DNA from: an uncultured bacterium
Lineage (GTDB): Bacteria > UBP4 > UBA4092
DNA: 64,000 bases
Assembly: GCA_963768165.1 (NCBI GenBank)
Contig: CAVYHJ010000002.1
Location: 128,676-192,675 of the forward strand
Direction of reading: 5' to 3'
In this document: positions 1 to 9,628 of the stretch, piece after piece
Layout: the number at the start of each line of letters is the position of its first letter
Position numbering within the stretch: position 1 is the first letter of the stretch
Position numbers and translations under genes: made by a program
The notes under the pieces: generated by a model
Database searches by the model: none
What the model saw: the letters and a program-made list of their open reading frames with translations, nothing else
Told to the model about the DNA's origin: nothing

Positions 1-16
1 TCTTTGCGCTTTTGAT

Positions 17-55
17 GCGTCGGGAGTAAAATGATTTTTACGAATTTCCCGACGC
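17..55. repeat. Hairpin family B copy 1. Stem GCGTCGGGA / TCCCGACGC (9 bp) encloses a 21-nt loop that itself contains a nested GTAAAA/TTTTAC stem.
   Basis: Read directly from the sequence. The same stem with a different loop recurs at 43009-43047, 54631-54663 (variant) and 62660-62688. Confidence 0.6.
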
Positions 56-194
56 TTTCTTAGTTGTAACGAGAGATTCTTTGTTCCTTCGCAGCTCAGG
101 ACAGGCTCTAAAGAGCAGGACTCAGAATGACAAAAATACGGGAATAAATCCCTACACTACATCCCATGTATCGGGGAATGACAAAAAAAAGGTA

Positions 195-1301
195 TTAATC
201 CGCGAAGAGGGGTCGTTTGTAGCCGAGGAGGCGGGCGTATTGGTCGGGGTGTTGGGAGATAAATTGGGAGATGCGGTCGGCGATTTTCTGAGTGTTGGTG
301 ATAATGTCTTTTTCGGAGTCGCCGGTTACGGTTAGTTCTATGGGAGAGTCAATAATAATTCGGTGGCGGTAACTGGGAGTCAGGCGCAGGGTGTATAACG
401 GCAGGATAGGCGCGCCTTCCCGTAAGGCAATCGCCACGGGACCTTGAGAGAAAGAAGCTTTTCGACCCGCCAGATTAACGAAAACCCTGTTTTTACCACC
501 GGCACCATCTATGGCAATCGCCAAAAGTTCATTGCGTTTTAAACAGCGAAATGCTGGTAATAGGGATTGGCGGAGATAAACGAATTTGGCAGGAAGATTC
601 AGTTCCAGAGTGTGCATTAACTTTAAAACCCGTTCCAACATGGGGGTTGGTAAGGGCATAGTTTCGGTGTCGGGAGAACCACCACCCCCTGCCCCCTCCT
701 TACCTACTGTAGAGACGTAACATGTTACGTCTCTACCGGAGTCAGGGGGAAGGGGGGTGGTTAATTTCTTTTGAATTCCAGAAGACTGTAACGATTCGGG
801 GATGTGGTGTTCGGAATCCATTTCTTCCTTTAAATCTTCGGGCGTCAATCCGACTTGGTTTAAGGGATACCCGCGATAGACCAGAGCGGGCATAAGCATT
901 TGCGCGTTGGCAATATGCGGATGAGCAATGATAACTCCCTTGCCTTTGGCTAAGGCTTGTTTGAGATGTTCTTCTCCAACCAATGCAGTATAAAAATCAA
1001 TCGGTTGTTTCATAAGTTTGGGATACAGCAGGACATCCAACTGATTCCAGAAAAACATGTAGACACCGATTTTAACAATGTGTTGATTTTCCTGTTCCGA
1101 GAGTTGCCGCCCCAAATTCATTTTTGAAAGTTCAGAGCGGATTTTGGTTTTGCGCCGTCCATTAATGAGATAAATAAGCCAAGCCATAAAATCCCCAATT
1201 TTGTATGCCAGAGAAATGGGGATAGCGGACATGAACCAACGAAAGGGATACCAGAATAACCAGCGGGAGAAGTCTTTTAACAATAATTTAAAAAGGTTCA
1301 T
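195..1301 (-). CDS. Lipid A biosynthesis lauroyl/myristoyl acyltransferase-like protein (LpxL/HtrB family). It carries an in-frame insertion of about 30-35 aa encoded by a palindromic element.
   Basis: 368-aa ORF with an N-terminal membrane anchor and an AHPH...acyltransferase core typical of the Lip_A_acyltrans family. It is about 60 aa longer than typical LpxL. The extra segment ([25 protein letters not shown]) is encoded exactly by the 28-bp palindrome and its GC-rich inverted flanks at 678-766. Confidence 0.7.
   Translation of the reverse strand: MNLFKLLLKDFSRWLFWYPFRWFMSAIPISLAYKIGDFMAWLIYLINGRRKTKIRSELSKMNLGRQLSEQENQHIVKIGVYMFFWNQLDVLLYPKLMKQPIDFYTALVGEEHLKQALAKGKGVIIAHPHIANAQMLMPALVYRGYPLNQVGLTPEDLKEEMDSEHHIPESLQSSGIQKKLTTPLPPDSGRDVTCYVSTVGKEGAGGGGSPDTETMPLPTPMLERVLKLMHTLELNLPAKFVYLRQSLLPAFRCLKRNELLAIAIDGAGGKNRVFVNLAGRKASFSQGPVAIALREGAPILPLYTLRLTPSYRHRIIIDSPIELTVTGDSEKDIITNTQKIADRISQFISQHPDQYARLLGYKRPLFAD
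709..736. repeat. Family A perfect 28-bp palindrome GTAGAGACGTAACATGTTACGTCTCTAC, copy 1. It is intragenic and embedded in a longer imperfect inverted repeat spanning about 678-766.
   Basis: Exact palindrome. The flanking arms ACCACCCCCTGCCCCCTCC and GGGGGAAGGGGGGTGGT are mutually inverted. Confidence 0.9.
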
Positions 1302-1329
1302 AATGCTTATTTTTCTTTAAGTAACTATT

Positions 1330-1357
1330 GTAGAGACGTAACATGTTACGTCTCTAC
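1330..1357. repeat. Family A perfect 28-bp palindrome, copy 2, in the intergenic gap between the wzx-like and lpxL-like genes.
   Basis: Identical 28-mer to copy 1. Confidence 0.9.
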
Positions 1358-1367
1358 ACGGCTTATT

Positions 1368-2828
1368 TTATGTTCCAATCGGTCCCGGCGGACGTAATAA
1401 TGAACGGAACATACTCATTTCTTTTTCCGTAAAGGTGCGGATAATAAAAAGAATGGAAATATATACCAGTAATCCCAATGGAATCATCAAATACCACAGG
1501 TATCCCCGGAAAGGATAAAAAATCAATCCGGAGAGTAGTCCTGCAATCAGAGGACGGGGAATTTGTTGCAGAATCTTTTTAAGAGAGACGGTTTGACTCA
1601 CAAAATAAAGCAACACAAGAAATAAGGCAATATATGAGGAAATAGTCCCAATGCTGGCACCGACTGCGCCCAGGTGATAATATTTAATCAAAATAAAATC
1701 TACCGAGGCATTGACCACCAGACACGTCCCGCTGCCGATATACAGCGCGCTCTGGTGACCGGTGGCAATCAAACTGTGGTTCATCAATAATTCGACGAAC
1801 ACAAAGAATGTACTCCATATCAGGATTTGCAAACAAGTCCCCGACCGCGCGAAGGCATCGGTAAAAAGGGTGGTTATAATGGGTGAAGCGTACAAAAACC
1901 CAAAAACCATAATCGGGAGGCTGAGAATAAAATAAAGTTTAAATGTGGAGACAAAAATGCTTTCAATATCATTCGACTGACCGGCACGGGACAATACCGG
2001 AAACAGCGCCGTAGTCAATGCCAAGGGGAAAATATTTAATTGGAGTAGGATTTGATAGGGGTAATAAAAAAAAGCAATTTCCCTATAGAGGGAATATCGT
2101 TGAATAATTAAACCGTCAATTCGTAAATAACCCTGGGTGAGCAAGACCGAAATGCCTATCAGTAGGGCGCTAAGAAAAATTGTTTTAACTCTTTCCCAAT
2201 CGTGGTTTGGCGCCGGAGTGACAATTGAACGGCTTCTCCATAAGACGTAAGCCAAGCGTAAAAAATTTCCGGTTGCCGTAACCACAAACAACCAAACCCA
2301 ATTCCATTTCAGCCAGACTATCAACAATGTCAATGCCAGGCAAACAGAACGAAAAATGATTGTGGCAATCGCTTCATAATCCATCCGCTCAAAGGCATTG
2401 AACAAACTTATATAGTTCGCGGAAACAACATTCAACATTTCTGAAACGATAGCAATCAATAAACCATATTTCATGCCGCGGGTAATGGGTAGATAGTTGG
2501 CAAGAAGAAAAATAATGACAGAGCACAGTATTCCTAATAGGAATCGCAAAATTAAACTGGCACGGAGATAACTTGGCGCGAGAGACTTGTCTACTGCTAC
2601 ATCCCGTATCACGATTTGAGCCAATCCCGCGTTGGCTAAGGAAAAAACCAATCCGATGAGAATGATGACATAGGCATATTTACCATTCACATCCACCCCA
2701 AAATTTGCCAATAAATAGCGGGCTGAAACCCAAATGAGCAACATGCCGATCCCGGCATCCATCCCGCGGGCAATGAGAATAAATAGAGAATTACGCGCGA
2801 CTGTTTTGGAAGTTGAAGACATCCTCAC
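1368..2828 (-). CDS. Polysaccharide/O-antigen flippase of the Wzx/PST family, a multi-TM oligosaccharide translocase.
   Basis: 486 aa with about 12-14 predicted TM helices. The N-terminus resembles polysaccharide biosynthesis (PST/MOP) transporters, and the gene sits next to wzc/wza-like genes. Confidence 0.7.
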   Translation of the reverse strand: MRMSSTSKTVARNSLFILIARGMDAGIGMLLIWVSARYLLANFGVDVNGKYAYVIILIGLVFSLANAGLAQIVIRDVAVDKSLAPSYLRASLILRFLLGILCSVIIFLLANYLPITRGMKYGLLIAIVSEMLNVVSANYISLFNAFERMDYEAIATIIFRSVCLALTLLIVWLKWNWVWLFVVTATGNFLRLAYVLWRSRSIVTPAPNHDWERVKTIFLSALLIGISVLLTQGYLRIDGLIIQRYSLYREIAFFYYPYQILLQLNIFPLALTTALFPVLSRAGQSNDIESIFVSTFKLYFILSLPIMVFGFLYASPIITTLFTDAFARSGTCLQILIWSTFFVFVELLMNHSLIATGHQSALYIGSGTCLVVNASVDFILIKYYHLGAVGASIGTISSYIALFLVLLYFVSQTVSLKKILQQIPRPLIAGLLSGLIFYPFRGYLWYLMIPLGLLVYISILFIIRTFTEKEMSMFRSLLRPPGPIGT

Positions 2829-2892
2829 TCCTTAAAGGCTATAGCAAAATAGATTACAGAATTCCAATTCATCGGCAATCCTATGGAGCCGA

Positions 2893-4953
2893 TTACTTCA
2901 CGCCGTTAAGAATCATACCGGTTGGAGTTATCCCTGTTTCCTGCAAAATCGCGTTTGCCTGCTCAACATGTACCGGTCGGGTCATCCCAAACCGTGTAAT
3001 TAAATAGGATTGGTCCGCGGATATTGAAAGTAAGGCGCCAAAACGGGAAACAGTAAGTGCCGGCGTATCAATCAAAATAGCAGGATATTCCTTTTGCAAA
3101 TCGCGCAAGACTGCTGAGAATTTTTCGATATCCCAATTGGAACTGCTTCCGACACGCAGGATGGAAAGATTGGGTACCGCGGTGCCAACAATTTGGTTAC
3201 GCGCTTGTTCAAGGGTCAATGGAACAGGGTTCTCTTTCACCGGGATATTGAATAATGAACCCAGTGCCGGAGAAATTACATTCGCGTCAATCAACAATAC
3301 TTTTTCACCGGACTCCGCACGGATGGTACCCAGCGCGGTGGTAAGGAATGTTTTCCCTTCACCCGGTAAAGCACTGAATAAGGACAAGATAGATTGATTT
3401 TTACCGGCTTTTAATTTCCAATGGGTTACGATTTCCTGTGCTTGCTGACGAGCAGATGGTGATAAAAATCCAGAGGACTGGATATTTCCGCTTACGCTTG
3501 AACTCTGGTTGACAACACCGACAACGGGTATATTGCCAATCCCACGAAGATGTCCGACATGATAAATCCGGTCATCCACATAATCTACAACAAATATCGC
3601 ACCGATGCCAAAGAACAATCCAAGCGCAATAGCAAGAATGAGAACAATCTTTTTCTTTGGAAAATAGATATATGATTTTACGATGGTCTTATCCGTCGGT
3701 ACCGGCGCGGGAGAAAAGAGTGCCAGGTTGTCTGTATTTACATTGAGAAGCGCTTTGGCGGCTTCCAAACTCCCCAGGTATCCTGTGTACGCCGAATTTA
3801 ATATACCGACGACCCTGGTTAAACGGTTATATTCTGTTTCTTTTCTTGATAAATCGTCCAAGCGGGCGACCACAGTATCCAATTGCTCTTTGGAAATTTC
3901 AATAATCGCTTGTTGTGCAATCTCATCCGTTTCCGTGTCACCCAATTCCTGAAGCAAGGTATCGTAATAGGAGTTCCGTGTTTTACTTTCCTGGGAAAAT
4001 ATCTTGTCAATTTGCTCTTTTAATTGCCGGCGGCTGCTTTCGACTTGTTGCTGGTCTGTTTTGACTTGAGGATGTTCCTTGGTATAAATCAACAAATCAC
4101 TGTCCTCTTGTCGCTCATAAGTAAGTAGATTGGCTTTGATATTTTCGATTTGCGGGTTTTCTGCGTAGGTGATGGTACTTAATTTGAACTCCGGTTGCTT
4201 GGCAAGTTGGTCAAGCAGCGCTTTTTTCCTTTTAATATCTACTTGGAGTTGTTTATCCGCGCTATCAATGGTCTGTTCATAACTCACTTGCATGGAAAGT
4301 TCATCCACGCGATAGGTACTCAGATCGGTAACATGTTCCTTTTGCCGAAACGCCAAAGTGGAATCTTCCGCGGCGGTCAGTCTAGCCAACATCTTCGGAA
4401 TTTCTCCCTCAAAAAATTTAATGGCAGTTTGCGCCTTATTTTTGTTGGAAATGACAACTTCCTTGCTAATTTCATCGGCAAAAGTATTGGCAATGTCAGC
4501 CGCTTCTTTGAAATTGGTGGATACTCCATCAATCTCAATAACTTCCGTATTTTCGGTATTGGATATAATGACCCCGCGACCCATGCCGATAATTTTGATG
4601 ATTCCGCCGTTGACAAAATCGGAAGGGGTATATAATTTTCCACTGTGGGTTTTAAGTTGTAAGCGTTCCGCCACCCGTAACATAATCGGATCGCTTTCCG
4701 CGATGGTTAATGCATTGGTGGCAAAGTTATCGGAGTTCAATTTCCCCAAATCGTTGGGAGAACCGCTTACAAATTCCGGGAGATAGTCCTGTTTCATGAC
4801 CAGAAGGTACACTGGAACTTTATAAACTGCACCCACCAATACATACTGATAAACCAGAGAAAATAACAGTGCCGTGAGTATGGTTACCCCGAAAATCCAG
4901 TAGAATAATTTCCTTCGTTGCCAAAATACAATCCAATAACGTCTTAATTCCAT
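2893..4953 (-). CDS. Exopolysaccharide chain-length determinant / tyrosine autokinase (Wzc/GumC/ExoP-like polysaccharide co-polymerase).
   Basis: N-terminal TM, a long coiled-coil periplasmic region, a second TM, and a C-terminal P-loop domain with Walker A LPGEGKT and a D-x-P Walker B-like ILIDTP. Confidence 0.8.
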   Translation of the reverse strand: MELRRYWIVFWQRRKLFYWIFGVTILTALLFSLVYQYVLVGAVYKVPVYLLVMKQDYLPEFVSGSPNDLGKLNSDNFATNALTIAESDPIMLRVAERLQLKTHSGKLYTPSDFVNGGIIKIIGMGRGVIISNTENTEVIEIDGVSTNFKEAADIANTFADEISKEVVISNKNKAQTAIKFFEGEIPKMLARLTAAEDSTLAFRQKEHVTDLSTYRVDELSMQVSYEQTIDSADKQLQVDIKRKKALLDQLAKQPEFKLSTITYAENPQIENIKANLLTYERQEDSDLLIYTKEHPQVKTDQQQVESSRRQLKEQIDKIFSQESKTRNSYYDTLLQELGDTETDEIAQQAIIEISKEQLDTVVARLDDLSRKETEYNRLTRVVGILNSAYTGYLGSLEAAKALLNVNTDNLALFSPAPVPTDKTIVKSYIYFPKKKIVLILAIALGLFFGIGAIFVVDYVDDRIYHVGHLRGIGNIPVVGVVNQSSSVSGNIQSSGFLSPSARQQAQEIVTHWKLKAGKNQSILSLFSALPGEGKTFLTTALGTIRAESGEKVLLIDANVISPALGSLFNIPVKENPVPLTLEQARNQIVGTAVPNLSILRVGSSSNWDIEKFSAVLRDLQKEYPAILIDTPALTVSRFGALLSISADQSYLITRFGMTRPVHVEQANAILQETGITPTGMILNGVK

Positions 4954-5096
4954 ATTAGTTTTTCTCCAAAAAATGAAATATCATCATACTATAAACAGAG
5001 ACCAAAAAGAAAGACTGTCCTTCCACCTTCGAGATTTAAATAGACAAACTAGCGGAATGACAGCCGGAAACTTTGTCAGTCTGAATGTTTATAATC

Positions 5097-6341
5097 CTAT
5101 TTATTCACCATGCTTTCCACTGAATCGGTCAAATATACTTTTTTTAATTCTTTATATAAATCATGAATATGCGGCGCACAACCGTAAATGACATGCGGAT
5201 TCGCATTTCGGACATGTTCTTGTTGTAATACATTCACGGCACAATTACCGAAAACCCATACGTCTCCCGCTGGATTTTGCAGATTCGGAGTATTGGGCAT
5301 GGGTATTCCGACAAAGAAAGTTAATGGGGGTAGTTGAGTTAAAAGTCCATCGCGGTCCATTTTATCCAGTGCGTGTCGCATGGCGGACAAACAACCACGG
5401 CATGTTCCCGACTCAATCGCCAAAATATTCTCAAATATTCCCGCGGCACTTAATACCGGACGACGGAATCTCCTCTGGACTTCACTGATTTTCGCTCCCT
5501 TGATATCGATATTATTTAAATCCATTTCACCGAATCCTTCCCAATGAGCAATTCGGTTAGTATCCACTTCTTCGGGCGCAATCATCATGGTTTCGCAGGC
5601 CACTGAATCCGTGGCGACAATATCCTGCCCGGTAATAATCACATTCATGTCTTTGATAGTTGAACCACTAAGCGGCGCTTGACCGTCCATCGCCCATATT
5701 CCATCAATCACGGTTAAATGCGGCGGAATTGCCCGATAAATATCCACGACTTTATAGGAGATATCGTTGCGATGGAACATCAACCGCTCTTCATCAAATA
5801 GTAACCCATGCAGATTTTTGATTCCCAACGTAGCGAGCGTGTGCATGTGCGTCTTCATTTTGGGGACATTAATAAAAAAATCGGCTTCAAGCACGGTTTT
5901 GGGTAAACTCATTTCCCGTAAAATTCTTCCATCAGGATTGGCTACCCGGACAATTTCATCTTTATCCAGATAGATAATTTCCGCTCCTGCTTTTTCCAAA
6001 TCTTCCTGCATTTCTGACAATTCAAACGCCGTTTCGGAAGGCAGTTTATACCCTGGATTTTCTCCGACCATAACCCGTACGGCACCCGCTTCTTTGGATA
6101 ACCGGATCAATGCAATCAAAACCCGCGGGTCGGTTGTGATCCCCGGTATCTCATGGGGGTTGGGTCTGACCAGATTGGGTTTCATGAAAACGGATTTGCC
6201 TTTTACCAGTGAAGCGAAATCACAAACAGCATACAGTGCATCTTTGACCATCTCCGTAATGATAGACAAACTTTTCTGGCTATACTTGACGGGAGTCTCA
6301 GGAATTTCTTTATGATAAGAAATATAGACGATGGGTTTCAT
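5097..6341 (-). CDS. DUF362 domain-containing protein.
   Basis: The VFMKPNLVRPNP...TTDPRVL pattern matches the DUF362 family core. It lies within the polysaccharide export locus. Confidence 0.55.
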   Translation of the reverse strand: MKPIVYISYHKEIPETPVKYSQKSLSIITEMVKDALYAVCDFASLVKGKSVFMKPNLVRPNPHEIPGITTDPRVLIALIRLSKEAGAVRVMVGENPGYKLPSETAFELSEMQEDLEKAGAEIIYLDKDEIVRVANPDGRILREMSLPKTVLEADFFINVPKMKTHMHTLATLGIKNLHGLLFDEERLMFHRNDISYKVVDIYRAIPPHLTVIDGIWAMDGQAPLSGSTIKDMNVIITGQDIVATDSVACETMMIAPEEVDTNRIAHWEGFGEMDLNNIDIKGAKISEVQRRFRRPVLSAAGIFENILAIESGTCRGCLSAMRHALDKMDRDGLLTQLPPLTFFVGIPMPNTPNLQNPAGDVWVFGNCAVNVLQQEHVRNANPHVIYGCAPHIHDLYKELKKVYLTDSVESMVNK

Positions 6342-6356
6342 GAAAACTTTTAAATT

Positions 6357-7334
6357 CTAATTGACCTGATTAACGACCTGTGTTCCGGTGGAAGTTCCTT
6401 TGATAGCATCATAAGCGCTTCTCCCCAAAATAATGGTTTGCAATGCGGGAGTTGTTTGGTCCAGAAGATAATTAAGTTCAGCAATGTTGCCGCGTGGGAC
6501 AAATACAATATCATCGGGTTGTAAATTCTCATCCTTGTCGGGAACCACACCTTTGGTTATTTCTCTCTCAATGTTGAAATGCAAGATTTCAGGCTTTTTG
6601 GGCTTTTTGCGCACTACAATAACATCATATAATTTCGAACCATCTTTATAACCGCCTGATTTGGTAATGGCTTCCAAGACCGTTAAATGATCATTCATAT
6701 CCAAAATCCCCGGCGTATTCACCTGACCCAAAACAAAAACCCTGGTTTTACGATTATCCGGTACAAATATTGTGTCGTCGGGTAACAGAGGGACATCCAA
6801 TGCAATTTTCCCTTCATAGAGTATCTTATACAAATCCACTACCAATATTGTGTCGGTTCCACGTAATATGGTGACTTGCCGTAATTGAGCAGAAGAGGTT
6901 GGACCCCCGGCTTGCGCAAGCACCGACACCAAGGTATTTTGACCTCTCAATTGATAGATTGCCGGAGAGGTTACCATACCCAATACTTTGACTCGCGCAC
7001 TGCTATAGGAGGCAATATCAACGTTGACCTTGGGATCCACATAATATTTTGAGATAGCCTGAGTCAAGGCATTTCGAACCTGATTCCGTGTGAACCCTTT
7101 GACTTTGATTGTCCCCGCCAATGGATAAGTAATATTCCCGTCCGGTCCCACGGTGGCACTCATGGACATATCCGAATGTTGCCAAACGCTAATGGACAAG
7201 ACATCTTCCGGACCTATAATATAGTCGCTTGGAGGTTGTACCATGTTCGTTGCCGTCGAAGTATCTCCGGCGAATACGGAGCACAATCCGCTGATAAGAA
7301 CAATTCCTAAATAAATTAAGACTACTTTTTTCAT
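6357..7334 (-). CDS. Polysaccharide export outer-membrane protein (Wza/GumB/ExoF family; Poly_export plus SLBB domains).
   Basis: Signal peptide, a GPEDVLSISVW...NGNITYPLAG...VKG..R Poly_export signature, and repeated SLBB-like segments. Confidence 0.8.
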   Translation of the reverse strand: MKKVVLIYLGIVLISGLCSVFAGDTSTATNMVQPPSDYIIGPEDVLSISVWQHSDMSMSATVGPDGNITYPLAGTIKVKGFTRNQVRNALTQAISKYYVDPKVNVDIASYSSARVKVLGMVTSPAIYQLRGQNTLVSVLAQAGGPTSSAQLRQVTILRGTDTILVVDLYKILYEGKIALDVPLLPDDTIFVPDNRKTRVFVLGQVNTPGILDMNDHLTVLEAITKSGGYKDGSKLYDVIVVRKKPKKPEILHFNIEREITKGVVPDKDENLQPDDIVFVPRGNIAELNYLLDQTTPALQTIILGRSAYDAIKGTSTGTQVVNQVN

Positions 7335-7414
7335 CCAATAAAGTTTAGCACAGATTATAGAATTTGCACTAGTGACGTTTAATACAAAATGAAGAAATTC
7401 GTTTGTGGCAAGTA

Positions 7415-9556
7415 TTAAAATTCTAAAGAATACTCTTGAGTTTCACTCCAGCCTTTGATTTGTATAAGTTCGACAAATTTTTCGACAATGAGCGGCTCAA
7501 ACTGCGTCCCCGCATTCTTTTTCAATTCATCTATAGCTTTCTGGAGAGGTAATTGTTTTCGGTAGGGACGGTTGGAGGTCATGGCATCAAAAGCATCTAC
7601 CACCGCAATAATGCGCGCGCCGAATGGAATATCATCTCCAGCCAAACCATCAGGATACCCGGTCCCGTCGAACCGTTCCTGATGATGATAGATTAACGGT
7701 AGGATATCTTTCATTGCTGGAATGGATTCCAATATCTGTTTACCAATGACCGGATGTCTTTTCATATTTTCATATTCTTCCGGTGAAAGAGCAATACCTT
7801 TTTGGAGTATTTCTTCTTTAATCCCAATTTTGCCGACATCATGTAAAAGACTGGCTCCCCGCAACGCTTCCAATTCATGCGGTGTCATCCCTAATTCTTT
7901 GCCCAGTGCCAACGCATATCCACTCAAACGGTCACAATGACCCCGGGTGTACGGATCCCGAGCTTCAATCGCGCTCGCAAATCCTTTCACGGTATTCAGA
8001 TACATATTGTTTAAACTCGAATAAAGGCGGGCATTTTCAATGGCGATCGCCGCATGCGTCGCAAAGGCTGATAGTAAATGCAAATCCGCAGAATCAAATG
8101 TTTTATCTCCGATTTTATTATTGGCATTCAAAACTCCGATTACTTTCTGCACCCCTCCTTCTCCTCCAATGATTAATGGCACGGAAAGCGCATCTTTAAC
8201 ATTCTCCGCTCGTTTAAACCCGACGAACCGGGTATCGGTAATCTTGTCTTTTAATAAAAGCGGTTGTTCATGTTTTGCTACCCATCCTGCAATTCCATCA
8301 CCCATTTTCCACCGTACAGATTCGACAATTTCTTTGCTTAATCCCACAGAAGCTTTGATTTTTAACGCTTGTTTGTCATCGTCCAATAACATCAAGGAAC
8401 CGGACTCCGCCTGGATTAATTCCAACGATTTTTGCATAATCAACTCCAGTACCTTGTCCAAATATAGATTCGCTGAAATGGCTTTTCCTATTTCAAACAG
8501 TGAACTTAATTCTGTCACCTTCCTCTGCGATTCACCAAAAAGCTGAATGTTTTCCAACCAGATCGCCGTTTGATTACAGATAACCGTCAGTAAACGCAAA
8601 TCCTCTTCGGTAAACGCATTCTTCTGTGAAAATGTGGCAACCTGGATAACCCCGATCACCTCTCCTTTGCTTATAAATGGAACACACATGGCAGATTGCA
8701 ATTGTACTGTAACGATACTTTGAGCGCCGGCAAATCGCTCATCCAATCCGGCATCCCGTATTAACACGGCTTTTTTGTCCCGTATTACTTGTTCCAATAT
8801 CGATTGACTAATGACAATTTTACGTTCCGGCAACTTGGACTTGGAGGGACTTTGTTGCTTTCGAACTGGAGGCGTATCCCGTAAGGCTTTTGTCTTTTTA
8901 TCGGTTAATCGCCTGGCGGCAACCGGCATCATGGCTCCGGTTTGCCGGTCACGTAAAAAAATAAACCCTTGTTCCACAGGAAAAATCTGAAATACTTCTT
9001 CCAAAAGTTTAACTAATAATTCTTTTTCATCTCGAATTTCACCCAGGAGAGAACTGATCTTATAAAAAGATTGCAGTTGGTTATGCGACCGGCGAAGAAT
9101 ATCAAACTCCTTTTCCTCCCCGGATGAGATCAAAGGAGTATCCCTGTTTTGCTGCGCTAATACTGTATCCGTTGGGTTCAGAGAAGCATCCACTACGGCC
9201 TCTACAAGCGACCAATCTTCCGGCAGTTGCCAATTCGTTCGGTAGAATAGCGGAATATTCTTTGATTCATCCACTGCCAGAAATTCCAGAGTAATTTTAC
9301 CAACTGTAATCTTCGACCCGTCATGTAATACGCTTCGAGAAACCAGTTTATGGTCTACGCGAGTCCCGTTGCGGCTCCCCAAATCTTGCAGAATAAAACT
9401 TTTTTCAACTTGTAGTATCGAACAATGGCGGCGGGAGGCCCGTTCATCATCCAACAATATGGCACATCCCGGGTCCCGTCCAATCAAGGTCTCTTTACCG
9501 GTTAGGGTATATGAATGAGTTTTTCCATCGTTCGTTTTCCAGACCAAATATGCCAT
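7415..9556 (-). CDS. FHA-GAF-GAF-HD-GYP c-di-GMP phosphodiesterase.
   Basis: An N-terminal FHA motif (LIGRDPGCAILLDD..SRRH), two GAF-like segments, and a C-terminal HD motif (HDVGKIGI) plus HHERFDGTGYPDGL (HD-GYP). Confidence 0.8.
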   Translation of the reverse strand: MAYLVWKTNDGKTHSYTLTGKETLIGRDPGCAILLDDERASRRHCSILQVEKSFILQDLGSRNGTRVDHKLVSRSVLHDGSKITVGKITLEFLAVDESKNIPLFYRTNWQLPEDWSLVEAVVDASLNPTDTVLAQQNRDTPLISSGEEKEFDILRRSHNQLQSFYKISSLLGEIRDEKELLVKLLEEVFQIFPVEQGFIFLRDRQTGAMMPVAARRLTDKKTKALRDTPPVRKQQSPSKSKLPERKIVISQSILEQVIRDKKAVLIRDAGLDERFAGAQSIVTVQLQSAMCVPFISKGEVIGVIQVATFSQKNAFTEEDLRLLTVICNQTAIWLENIQLFGESQRKVTELSSLFEIGKAISANLYLDKVLELIMQKSLELIQAESGSLMLLDDDKQALKIKASVGLSKEIVESVRWKMGDGIAGWVAKHEQPLLLKDKITDTRFVGFKRAENVKDALSVPLIIGGEGGVQKVIGVLNANNKIGDKTFDSADLHLLSAFATHAAIAIENARLYSSLNNMYLNTVKGFASAIEARDPYTRGHCDRLSGYALALGKELGMTPHELEALRGASLLHDVGKIGIKEEILQKGIALSPEEYENMKRHPVIGKQILESIPAMKDILPLIYHHQERFDGTGYPDGLAGDDIPFGARIIAVVDAFDAMTSNRPYRKQLPLQKAIDELKKNAGTQFEPLIVEKFVELIQIKGWSETQEYSLEF

Positions 9557-9628
9557 TTTCTTCTCCCTATTTTTGAGAACTGTTTTTCATTTCGATGTAT
9601 AGAGTATAACTCAATGGAGTATAGTTTT

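Noticed and set aside
709-736. Paired CGTCTC/GAGACG (BsmBI-type) sites inside the 28-bp palindrome as evidence for a type IIS restriction-modification target.
   Set aside because: The inverted recognition sites are an automatic consequence of the palindrome, and no RM gene is present in the window. This is noted only as trivia.
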